Assembly: GCA_973895155.1 (NCBI GenBank)
Contig: OZ316895.1
Coordinates: 20,226,803-20,290,802, forward strand
Length of the DNA stretch: 64,000 nucleotides
From: Marsupella aquatica
Taxonomy: Eukaryota; Plantae; Marchantiophyta
Direction: 5' to 3'
The notes under the pieces: generated by a model
What the model was told of the DNA's origin: nothing
Databases searched by the model: none
The model's input: the letters and a program-made list of their open reading frames with translations, nothing else
Program-made: the position numbers and the translations under genes
Shown: positions 51,321 through 62,400 of the stretch, piece by piece
How the letters are laid out: each line of letters opens with the position of its first letter
Numbering within the stretch: position 1 is the stretch's first letter

Positions 51321-51497
51321 AGCTTCTGCACAGCACCCACAACCAAACAGGGAGAATCAGCACACTAAATTCAAAGTATCAATCAATTTCATGCATATCC
51401 AACTATCCTAAACATCATTCCAGGCAGCAATTCCCGTTATGTGACTCTGTGCAGGTAGTCATCCTCAACCTCATACTTGCCAATCGCCAGCTGTTGC

Positions 51498-54400
51498 CTA
51501 TTGCAAATCATCAACCTCATCATATTCCATTTGCCCAGGTTCATCATATGTCTCTCTCAATGTTAAGGGGATGTAGTCAGTCCCTGCCCGAGTTGGAAGT
51601 ACAGTCTCATGACTAGGATGCTCGAATGCAGCATGGTCATCCAAACTGAACTCTACTTTACTTCCATCCATCCGCCTGTTCCGTGCTTGGCTATGGCATA
51701 CCACCCTCCAGCCATGTGACTCCTCCACATCTGCAAAGAAAGCCTGTTCAACTTGGCTAGGGAAAACAAAAGGCTCAGACCATTCTGGTACTCTGGACCT
51801 AAAATTGGCCAACAAGAACCCATCATGATCACGCTTCATGGTGGCCCTTGGTCTCTGCCACTCTGATTTCACCCATGATCCCTTCATCAATATCACTGGG
51901 ACACTTGTGTTACCATAATTCAACACCCAAATGTCGGTCAACTCCCCCACGTAACCCATCTTCATCCACCCCCTCTGTTCTTCAGAGGTTCTCTGCTCAA
52001 ACACAGAAATCAAACCACAATCATATGATACACAATGGTCACCCTGCTCATCCCTCACTCGATAATGATTTCCATAAGCTCTCATCCGTTTGTAGGTCAG
52101 AATAGACAATCGTGGTGGCACAGATAGAAGATACAAATCCTTCTCCATATCTGGGTGATGTCTACTATGCTCTCGAATTGTCACCCAAATCCACTGCTCG
52201 AACTGTGGGAAGGGATCCTGCTGCCCAGAGTGTGCAGCTTTTTGCATATCATATTCCCTGCATTATGAGGTACAGGCATAGTTAGGTCTAAACAACACAT
52301 GACAACCTAAGATCACCCTTGGAACAGACAAGAAGCATCACAACAAAGGCAAGTCAATTCAATCACTCACCTCCACCATGGTTGCATAGGCTCTGTGTTT
52401 GCCAGCACATATGAATGAGCCTTGTCTCGAATCGCAACAGGCAGCTGAACAGCACGTCCCACACCTTCAACAACCTCGCCACTCACTCCATCATCTTCAC
52501 CAGATTTCCAAACTCTTGTCATAGCTTCACCAGACCCAGCCATGTACTCTGTTAGGAATCCCAACGTCTCATCCTTAATGTACCCCAATGCCATGGAAGC
52601 CTCTGGCCTGTAGTATGTTCTCACATGACCTTTCAACAACTTCATGTATCGCTCCATAGGGTACATCCATCTGGTACTGACTGGCCCATACTGCCCTAGC
52701 TCTTCTACCACATGGATTAGGAGATGAGTCATAACATCAAAGAAAGCAGGGGGGAAGTATATCTCCAAGTCACAGAGGACATAAGCAGCATCCTGCTTCA
52801 ACTGCTCCAATCCTTGGGGATCCCACACTTTCACACATATACGGCGAAATACATTGCACAGTCGAAGAATGACATTACGGACTGGTTTCTGCATGAGACC
52901 TCTGAGGCATAGGGGCAGAATGTGCTGCATCAACACATGGTAGTCATGTGTTTTCATACTGCCAAGTTTATTCTTTGTAATATGCTTCTTGAAGGCACCA
53001 GCATAGCCAGAGGGCACTTTCAGACAGCTCAATCTATACAAGAATGTCTTCCATTCATCCTGTGTGCACACATAGGGAGCTTGGAACTTGAGAAGTACAT
53101 TGGGATTGCTTGCATGGGGCTTCAACCAAAGGTGAGGGCGAATCCCCTTCTGTTGCATATCAGCTCGAACTGCTCCTGTATCTTTCTCACCCGACAAGAA
53201 CTTCAGCAAGCTCTCACAAATATTTTTCTCAATGTGCATGACGTCCACATTGTGTTTGCTGGGCTCGAATTCCTGCACTCCACAAAGCAAAGAATTCAAC
53301 AACAGAAACACTAATTAACCACATAGGAGGATTGTAACCAACATCAATCCACCATTGCTCCAATCTAAAATTGCAATCATACAGGGGCTGGAGGCTAAGT
53401 ACATTACCCTCCAGTACTCCAACTCCAAGTCCATCAAGGTCTGTCTTTTCACACCGTGTTTCACCACTGGATCCTCAGGTTCTCGATCAGTGGCACTTCT
53501 CTTGTCCCAATCAGCCTTCCTGGCTGCCCACCTCAGGACTTGCTCTCTGGTGACCCTCTGTGGTGGGCCACGAAGCTCTGTTTTGTTGTTGAAGTGTGCA
53601 ATTTGAGACCGTGTGTGCCTGTAAGGATGATCAACAGGCAGATACCTTCTATGCCCCTGAAATTTCATACTGTGCAGGGCATGCGACCACTCACTTGTCA
53701 CATTTTTCCCACATGGTGTGCACCCCACATAGCCCTTTGTCACTCGTCCAGATATGATGCCATGGCCTGGGTAATCTGCTATATCCAGCAAACAAATTGC
53801 ATGCAGTCTAAAGGGGCTGGGTCAAAGAAGCCCCTTCAGAACATCATGGGTTAACACCCCTTCTATCCACAAAGTCTTCCACTCTTCCACTGCTGGAGCC
53901 AACATGATATCTATGAATTGCTCGGTCACAGAAGCTGGTCCAGGGATTAACAGCACCATCATGACAAAAAACCTCTTTGTAGTCATCCATGGGGGAAGGT
54001 TGTAATTTAGCAGCGTAACCGGACAACATGAATAACGGTTGTTTTTGTCTCCAAATGGGTTTACTCCATCCAGTGATAGACCAAATCGAAAGTTCCGCTT
54101 CTCTACAGCAAACTGTGGCCACCTCTCATCAACAAATTTCCAATGGTTGGAATCTCCAATGTGACGCTGCAGGCCATCACTGCTCTTGTTATCAGGAGTC
54201 CATGTCATCAGCTTGGAAATGGCAGGGCATCTAAACAGACGTTGTAGTCTAGGAATGAGAGGAAAATGACGAAGAACCTTGGCAGGGTGTGTACATTTCC
54301 CTACATTCTTGTACCTGTGCTTACCACAATGAGGGCATGTCAATTTATCTGCATGCTCTTTGCGAAAGAGAACACACCCATCAGGGCATGCGTCAATAGA

Positions 54401-55198
54401 CACATAGTTCAGCCCAAGGTTAGACATCAATTTCCTAGCCTCGTACATATTTTTTGGAATTGAATTACCATCTGGTAACACATTTCGGCGCAGGAAGGTC
54501 AACAACTCTGTCACAAATATATTGGGAACATTGTGATTGCCACAGATGTTCAACAACAACACGACAAAACCCAGCTTGGAGCAGTTCGACCCCTCGTAGA
54601 TAGGAATGCAAGCTTCTTTGATGTGTTTTGGGCCCCCAAACACCCACTCCCTCTCTGCTGCACCTTCCCCAATGTCAAAGTCAGGTTGAGCTTGGCCGTC
54701 GCCAATGTGTGGCTGCGGTTCATTGTCCTCTTCTGATTCCACTGTGTCGTAAAAAGCATCAAGGTCTTCAAAAATCTCTTGAACCATTCTTGGGACATCC
54801 ATCCCACCGTCCTCAGTGATTGCCTCTGCATCTCCATCTTGGTCATCCACGTTCTCATGTTGGACCCCAGGACCATCCTCTACACAGTCTATGTCCTGCT
54901 CTACGTAGTCTCTACGCCTAGCTGTATTAGAATCCACAAAGTCAGCTCTCCACTCTTCATCAGAGGAGTCTTCTTCTGCTGGTACATTCCAAACCCTCCA
55001 CCGAGGGTGCCTTTCATGCCGCAGCAGGTGAAGGTGCACAGTGTTCAAACTCAACGACTTGAATCCTTGGCACTGTGTGCATGGGCATCTCATCCTCCTA
55101 CTCCTACCTTGGGCGGCCCGGGCTTGTTCACGCATCCACAATTTAGAATCATGATGCCTAATCCTAAATGGGTTGTGAAGAGGCAACCTTGGAGCCAT
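51498..55198 (-). CDS. CACTA TnpD transposase (two introns, one in-frame TGA at 53822-53824)
   Basis: MRCPCTQC; IDACPDGCVLFR..CPHC; HFPLIPRLQRLF; LSLDGVNPF; YNLPPW; DYPG; DVMHIEKN; KTHDYH; FPPAFFDVMTHL; WMYPMER; EPFVFPSQVEQAFF. Introns at ~53410-53273 and ~52370-52259. Confidence 0.95.
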
Positions 55199-55524
55199 CA
55201 CTATACACACGCACTCAGCACCCTGTCATTTTATTATGCAAGCGAAAAATACACTTCCTGTTAAGGATTTCACCCCCGACTGTACTTGCCAAAATACGTA
55301 ACGTTCCAAAAAAACAAAAAAACAAAAAATATAGGTGCCTGAGTCATGTACCTATTCTCAAGTGAATGAGACAAAATTCCTAAATGTTTGAGGGTGTCAA
55401 CTCCTCCGTTGTCCTCACATGTACTGCCTCTGCACGTACATCCATGACCATATCAGAGTCCAATCATGTATAGTCATAGACACAGGTGCCAGGTGCGAGA
55501 CCGGTGTGAGATGTCCTCATCTTA

Positions 55525-56094
55525 CTACCACATCAAATACGGATACCAATCCTGTTGTCGATGCCACTCAGCCCTGAGGTACTCAGGCATGTACATTAAG
55601 TCATCAAGGTCTAAACCCTGCTCATGCCATGGTGGTCTTCGATCCGTGCCTACAAGCAATGGCAGCAGTGCCCTCCATGGTGCACATGTTGCTACCAAGT
55701 CCCTCCACTGGGTACTAATTAGTCTATATTTGCAGATATCTTGTGCGCCAGACACCACAAGAACCCTCGGCCAGACATGTGTAAGAACTATATCATCTGC
55801 CAAATCAGGCAACAAGGAACCACCTACAGCATCGTGCTTGTCTAACTCATCTGCTGAAAAGTAAATGTCCTCTTCCGACTGTGCATCCTCATTCACCACA
55901 GCATTCACAACACATCCAAGGTCTGCAGGCATTATCTCGGATGGAGCTACACTCTGTCTGGTTACCAATCCACACAAGTAAGCCCAAGCAGTAGCCATGC
56001 ACGATGCAACCCGTAGGAGGACCCTACATAGGGCCTGACGGTCTGGAAGAGGCAACATACCCACCAAAGTCTTCAGCCAAACAGAGCCCAGCAA
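55525..56094 (-). CDS. F-box-like protein (CACTA cargo)
   Basis: SLLPDLADDIVLTHVWPRV...ICKYRLISTQWRDLV fits the plant F-box pattern LLPxLPDD...L..V...WR.L. No recognisable substrate-binding domain. Confidence 0.65.
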   Translation of the reverse strand: MLGSVWLKTLVGMLPLPDRQALCRVLLRVASCMATAWAYLCGLVTRQSVAPSEIMPADLGCVVNAVVNEDAQSEEDIYFSADELDKHDAVGGSLLPDLADDIVLTHVWPRVLVVSGAQDICKYRLISTQWRDLVATCAPWRALLPLLVGTDRRPPWHEQGLDLDDLMYMPEYLRAEWHRQQDWYPYLMW

Positions 56095-56234
56095 GTAGAT
56101 TCACAGTCACACCCCACGCAGCAGGAAACAACAATCACTTCAACTGCGACCAACCATGACAAGATGAGTTAGTTCAAGGATCACATTTATTACAAAATTG
56201 TGTTTTATACAAAAATATGAGGGACTCCTACTCC

Positions 56235-57081
56235 TCACTCTCTCCCACCTTTGCTAAGCATACATCTCCGCTGAATCTTGGAGGGCCAGGCCTCAAAAAT
56301 ATCAAAGTCCCAAGCATTCTGTCGCTTCCCTCTAGCTGCTGATTCCAGAAGCCAATCAGGGGAAAGCACCCAAAGATTGTTGTTCATGACAAAATCACGC
56401 ACTGTTGTCTTAAAGAATTTTCTGCATATTTTCATGTATGACAGACCTACAACATGAGTGGAGGTTTCTGTTAGACTCTCCTCCACTGTCCCACCTAGCT
56501 CAACAACTATAGACTTGTACAGTCTGCACTTAGTCTCCCCAATTCCTTCTTCTGCAAATACCACACTGAACCCCTTCATAATGGTATTTCTCTCCTTGCC
56601 ATGCTCATTCAATATAGCATGCACGCATAGGATGGTGTCCTATGTTGACAACAGGTCCATATTGGACAGAAGCAAAGTTGGGTTTCTCTGCCGCTGCTTC
56701 ATAGGCTTCCTTTTCAGCCAAAGCCTCTGCAGTGGCCTCCTCACTCTCCCACAACTCATATTGCTCAGTACTCTGTACACACCTATGTTTAACAGAATCG
56801 GTCAGCCAAGAGACTTCAACTACTTTTAGACCTTGGTTGGTAATGGCAGAATCAATGAAGGACCATGACCACTTGTTCATCACATCCAGCCATGTCCCCG
56901 CAACAACATGTGTAGTCTGTGGAGTGATGTCCTTGACTTCAGTCCCATGGAACTCTGAGAATCGTTTTTGTACGATTGGCCAACTCACTTGGGTGAACCC
57001 ATAGTGGCCAGGAATCAAAATGGCTTTGATTCCAGCCAATAGAGGCGGGTGGTCAACCTTTGTACGTTTTCTAGAGGCCAT
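56235..57081 (-). CDS. Tandem BRCT-domain protein (two ORFs joined by a frameshift or small intron, or two single-BRCT genes)
   Basis: LAGIKAIL...HGTEVKDITPQTTHVV...VVEVSWLTDSV and MKGFSVVF...LGGTVEESLTETSTHVV...LSPDWLLESA, each with the BRCT G-G/THVV/W..(D/E)S pattern. Confidence 0.85.
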
Positions 57082-57679
57082 GTACACACGGGCCACCTAA
57101 TCATTGCAGACCGGAAGATAATGCGTTCACCTGATAATCGGAGGGCCCTTAAAATGCTGCGTTTATAACTTGGTCCAGTCCAGTCGTCTGGTGAGTCTCT
57201 GCTCCGATTCCAAACGGGAGAAATATTGGGACAAACGTACTAGACACCTGCAAGCATGCACCTCATAGTTTGAATATGTGCCTTCACAATATTGAAGGTG
57301 ACAAGTGCAATTGTTTTGTGATGCCACATACAGATGTTGTAAATGGGCAGACATTCAATGAGAATACAAAATGTTGGTACACTTTAAGGGAATTCTCGCA
57401 AATTAAATAGCCTTGTAACTTATATGCTCATAATGAGAAGTCCTGATTTAATTTAAGCAGTGTCATGTAAGTCGTGATCAAAATGATTGCAGAGTTAAAA
57501 AAGTTCCTAGAAGGCTTAAGGGCAGTTTTTGAAGGCATGTACCCAGGAACAAGTAATGAACTTAGGGTACTTGTTGCCTAAGCATCCTCTCCTACAGAGG
57601 TCCTTCTTCTCAAAATTGGAATGTCTGCAATCTCCAAGGTATCCACATCAGGTGCACTATGCATGTATATTATTCAGGT

Positions 57680-58360
57680 TCAAAGCCAAGAAATGTGATC
57701 TCTCATGGGAGTGTGCAAAGTAGGATCTATGGCATGGCGATGACAATAGAAGATCCATCGATCAACACCATGTGCAGAGTGATCATAGATGTGTCTGTCA
57801 CAAGCATAGCCTTCTGCTTGACGCTCATTCAAACAATGAAAGTGCCACATGGTGGGACACCTAACACAGTGGACTATGTCCACCCAGAAATCTTCATCGT
57901 GCTGACCACATGCCTTGCACTTATGAAGTGGGCAAGCTGTGGCAAGATCGGGCAAACATGAAAAACAAAAGAACCTCACACAATATCTGTCAGGGCATTT
58001 CCTAACAAGTGGTGGAGCATCAACAAAGCCCTCATAAGACCCCAACTTCCCACACTGTGCACACTTAGCCTGCTTCTCCAAACAATCAGTGCACATCCAG
58101 CCTCCCTGGTGTGCTGACGGGAGGCCCACCCCTGGACAGTTGTTTTCTGCAGCAAGGTCAGACTCCGGGTTGAGGTGGAAATGCCTCATGCAAGGGCCCT
58201 CACATATGGCTAAGCCACCACCATCGTCACAAATGGCACAACAATGAGCTGCCTTCTGGAAAATCTGACTTGCGGAGAAGTTACTACCATCTGGCCCAAC
58301 TACACCTGTGTTGCTCACCTCTGTCCCCCGCTTCTTGGCTCGGATTTTAGGGCGTGCCAT
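57680..58360 (-). CDS. EDM2/NSD-type composite (triple) PHD finger protein, intronless (CACTA cargo)
   Basis: CAICDDGGGLAICEGPCMRHFH...WMCTDC..KCAQCGKLGS...CPLHKCKAC...CVRCPTMWHFHCL...IFYCHRHAIDPTLHTPMRDHI matches the recalled plant EDM2 PHD region and its downstream motif. Basic NLS-like N-terminus. Confidence 0.88.
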   Translation of the reverse strand: MARPKIRAKKRGTEVSNTGVVGPDGSNFSASQIFQKAAHCCAICDDGGGLAICEGPCMRHFHLNPESDLAAENNCPGVGLPSAHQGGWMCTDCLEKQAKCAQCGKLGSYEGFVDAPPLVRKCPDRYCVRFFCFSCLPDLATACPLHKCKACGQHDEDFWVDIVHCVRCPTMWHFHCLNERQAEGYACDRHIYDHSAHGVDRWIFYCHRHAIDPTLHTPMRDHISWL

Positions 58361-59029
58361 GCCTACGCATGAGACAGATAGTACAATTTAGCAGAGTGCA
58401 CGGACAATACAATTTAGTGCAGTGTACAAAAAGTACAGTGTAGCATATAGACTAGAGTGGCAATTGCTACTGCAATGAAATGTTCACACACATGTGCAGA
58501 GTAGACATACTTTTTGGTTTGTTGAGCCCACACTAAAAACTGATCCCCTCGTACAATAGCTCCACCTACACCTCAATTTTGTGGCTATGATTCACCAAAG
58601 GAGATCTGCAACAAGATTTAATGCATTTGAATCACATATAACAGTCGTGACATGTAAAACAGACATTTTTTGAACAGGATTGGTATCAAGCACTGTGATC
58701 AGGGTTGTAATTTATACATCCTAAATAGGCTATGATAGTGAATGAGACAAATAAGTTAGGCAGAAATCACTTTTTCCAGGTTATCACATGGCCCATTAAT
58801 TCCAGTCTTTGAAAGGAGACTTTTAAGTGAGCTTGCTAGCCTCTTAAATTAGGATATTGTACTTAGTGCAGCCATAATAGGATAAGTTATGTACTGTTGA
58901 CCCTAAACCCTGGACCCAAAATTGGTCATAATTCAAAATCTTAAGTAAATATCCTCTCTGTTCAAGTCAAAGTGTTAAGTTATAGGTCAATGGTCTCTGG
59001 TTTGTGCATGCGGTGTGACAAGTGGTCCT

Positions 59030-59479
59030 CTAGAGCGTGTGATCCAAACATGTGTAGACACCAAAGTGACCGGTGGTGGGGTCTGGGAGGGCAGGACAAG
59101 TGACATCGCCAGGCACACTGCAGGATGGCGAGTGGTTCCAGATGATACATTGTGCTCTGTGAAAAAACCGACATCCAAGAGAACGGTCATCCAACTCTAG
59201 GCCAGAAGCCCTACAGGCAGGACAGTCATATTGGCAACTGTGCACACACCCTTGGGCCCTAATTTGTGGCGGGTCATGTATGAGAGACAGAAATACCAAG
59301 GATGTTGGGAAGGGTGGAGAAGCAGGTACAGGCCGACTGTAGTTGTTCCTGGCAACAACTGGGTACTCAAAGTACCATGCAGACTGGGCTGGAAGGATCC
59401 CAAGTCTGACATACTCAAGGCGCAACATCTCTGCCTTGCGTGCAAGCCGCACATGTTCAGCGTTGCGGGTCCTCACCAT
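59030..59479 (-). CDS. Cys/His-rich orphan ORF (CACTA cargo)
   Basis: 149 aa with CVHSCQYDCPAC..C..H...C...H...C. Homolog at 36708-37127. Confidence 0.45.
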   Translation of the reverse strand: MVRTRNAEHVRLARKAEMLRLEYVRLGILPAQSAWYFEYPVVARNNYSRPVPASPPFPTSLVFLSLIHDPPQIRAQGCVHSCQYDCPACRASGLELDDRSLGCRFFHRAQCIIWNHSPSCSVPGDVTCPALPDPTTGHFGVYTCLDHTL

Positions 59480-62400
59480 AAGTGTTGCTTTTGTGGAGAT
59501 GTCGTGTGTTCACGTCCTCTGATAAGCACCTTCGATCAGCAAGGTGAGCAGGAGCTGTACTTGCCTCACCAACAGCAACCAACCTTAAATTATCAGTTCC
59601 CACTCACTGTGTCATTCCATTGGTTCCAGCTAGGGGTCACAGTGTAAACATAGCATGAAACACTCCTAATCAACTTGCTTACAAACTACAATATCCAGAA
59701 AGAGTGAAAGTCTCACCCTCCAGTGAGCAGCAGAGAGGTAGTTCACTAGATGTGTTGATGTGCAGTTAAACCTCCACTATTGCTTACTTCTGGTGTATGC
59801 TGCTCAGAAGAAGACATATTAGTAGCAGCAAATTGCAAATAATGGCCATAAGCAAACCGTGAGAGTTTGCAAAATGCTACGACAAATCCATCACAGCAGT
59901 GCTCCACAGGAATGAAACCAAGCAAAATTTGGTGACCTCGGCCAATGACAAGGCCAATGTAGTGAACAATCCTTGACCGATCAGGATATGGATTGGAATT
60001 ACAATTAGTCAGCTCTTCTTCTTTGTTTTCTAACTCTGGGGGAAATGAGCATGACCAGGGAATTCTTTGAGAAATAGAAGTGCACAGGGAAAATGAAATT
60101 GGCTCATTCAGCTACGCAAGACCGGCCATTGCAGCAAACTTGGACAGTTGTTCCGCAATACATAAAATACCCTGACTTACATGCAATCGATACAATCTGC
60201 TTCTGTTGGCTGTCCTACAGCTCACGGTAGTGCCGTTGGGATAGGGTAAGTGAATATTGTCATAGCTGAAGCACATTGAGCTTGCAGCAAGAAGTGAAGG
60301 AGCATGGCCAAAAGCAGAAAAGACAGACAGGTTTTACAAGAAGAAACTAACAACCGCCAATCTGCTCAAATCCGCTGCATAGATCAAACCCTCCAAACTA
60401 CACAGCCCTCCTTTGAAAACAATCCAATGTGCTTTGGCTGGTGGATGACAAGGACTGGGAGAAGAGGAAACGTCTACACAATCAATCCCAATGACGGGAC
60501 ACAGAGACCAGGCACAGAGAGGATTTGTGCTTAGACAAAAACCACAAATTGTAGCATGGGCGCCATAGCATTGGGCGGCAATGGGAAGAATTACATCAAA
60601 TGAGTGGACAGAGAATGAACAGTCCGGTTATAGGCAAACAGCGACTGATGCCCTGATGCAATGAAACACGCATTGACATAGCGGAGGGACATAAAAACTA
60701 CATAAGCCAACTTACTGACCTTTTAAGGCCCACAATTTCAAGGGGAGGGACAAAGACAGCAATAACAGACGCAGAGACAAAGCTGTACTCTGTCAATTGA
60801 GTAGGCAAGTGGGTGGGTGAAGATCAACAACCAATGTAGCAGCGCAACCAGAGTAGCAACAAAGAAGCAGGTTGCCCTCAGTCTCCTATTTTTCAAGCAG
60901 CTCATGCTCGCGGTCAATCTCCTATTCTGCAAGCAGCTCACGCTCGTCCCTCTTGTTCTGCAAGCAGGTCATTCTTGTCGGCGATGGTGCAAGCTGTCCT
61001 CCTAAACTTTGACACTCAAAATGAAAAGACCAAGCACCTCCAATCTGTTTGATCCCTTCCGCAAGCAGTCGAGTGGCAGACGATAATGTAGGGATCAAGA
61101 ACCAAGTGCCAGGCGGACATTGCACAAAATGAGGACCGGGGGCAGAGACAAAATCTACCAAAATCTACCGAAATCTACTTCTTGGGGTCCAGCCCACGGA
61201 TGGACATCATGCAAGGTGGTCAAAAATGGTAAGTGCAATTGTTGGAGAGCTGTACTCGCGATTACTAACGGTGCATCCACAAAACGCGTCATCAAGTTGT
61301 CAGTGCGGCCACAACAATTTTGATAGTCTCAGGATCACAGGTCCACAAACAAGTTGCAAATGAAGACACACAACGTCCAGGAGGGAAAGTCCGCAACACT
61401 AACCCTTTGTAAAGCCCCCGAGCTTACCTTCTAGCTGCCGACGCAAAGAGAAAACCTACTTGGACACTGAAGCAACCCTAAACTCAAAGTCTCACCTTAG
61501 CGCAACAACTCCTGGATTGGATTCAGCTAGCTCAGGCTCAATGAAGCATGTCGCCTCGGGCTCTCCGGATCCTCCCAAGGCAGCAAACAAGTTAGGGTCC
61601 ACGGTCCTTGTACCTTCACCGCACCGTTGTGTCCTTCCCAATGCCTCCTCTGTAGTTGCGTGTTGTCTGCAACTCTACAGCTCCCCGTGTTGCTCTGCCG
61701 CACTTAGTTATATTCCAACGCCCGATCGTGACCAAAAAGAGTTTTCTCCTGCTGGACAGCACTAGGCATTTGTTCAATCTCTTGATCACGCGTAAGCAGC
61801 TACAGGTATGAATCACTCAGTTGGCAGCTCAATACGCTTACAGCAAGAGGGCACAATAGGTAGAAGCTCGCGCTACCTAGACCAGCACAAGGACAAAGCA
61901 TTAACATTGAAACTGTACCATGGAGCTGGAGAAAACCACAGAGTAATTTAAGCCTAACAATACCCTTCTTAGCTCCCGACTCCAAACTCTCGGCTCCCAG
62001 TTTGCAAGAACAAGCACTATGAAAATATGGATTCCCACATTGACTGTGTCCGTAGAACAGATGCAACCCGCATGCAACTTCACCAGCTCAACGGCAGCTT
62101 GACAACTGAAGGACCTCCCAATGAGCCTCACGGCCTCCCGATGCTCGTTATGGGTGCAGCAAAAGGGTCTATACCACAACTGTGACCGAGATTGTCACCC
62201 AAAACCTTGAAGAAACCCCAACCTCCGACTCCTCAAACTCCGACAAGCTCCTCACGAACGTTGCAGCAGCCACAACCTTCTTCACCCTACCAGCCAAAAA
62301 CTAAATGTCCCTAAAGGAGATCGAGCAGGAATGCAGGTCTATGAGTAGACTGCAAGCGCAAGGTTAGATCACTGCAACTGCCTGAACACTGCTCCTCGAG

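Noticed and set aside
58899-58912. Telomere-like CCCTAAACCCT
   Set aside because: Only about 1.5 units; at most a telo-box and not distinguishable from chance.
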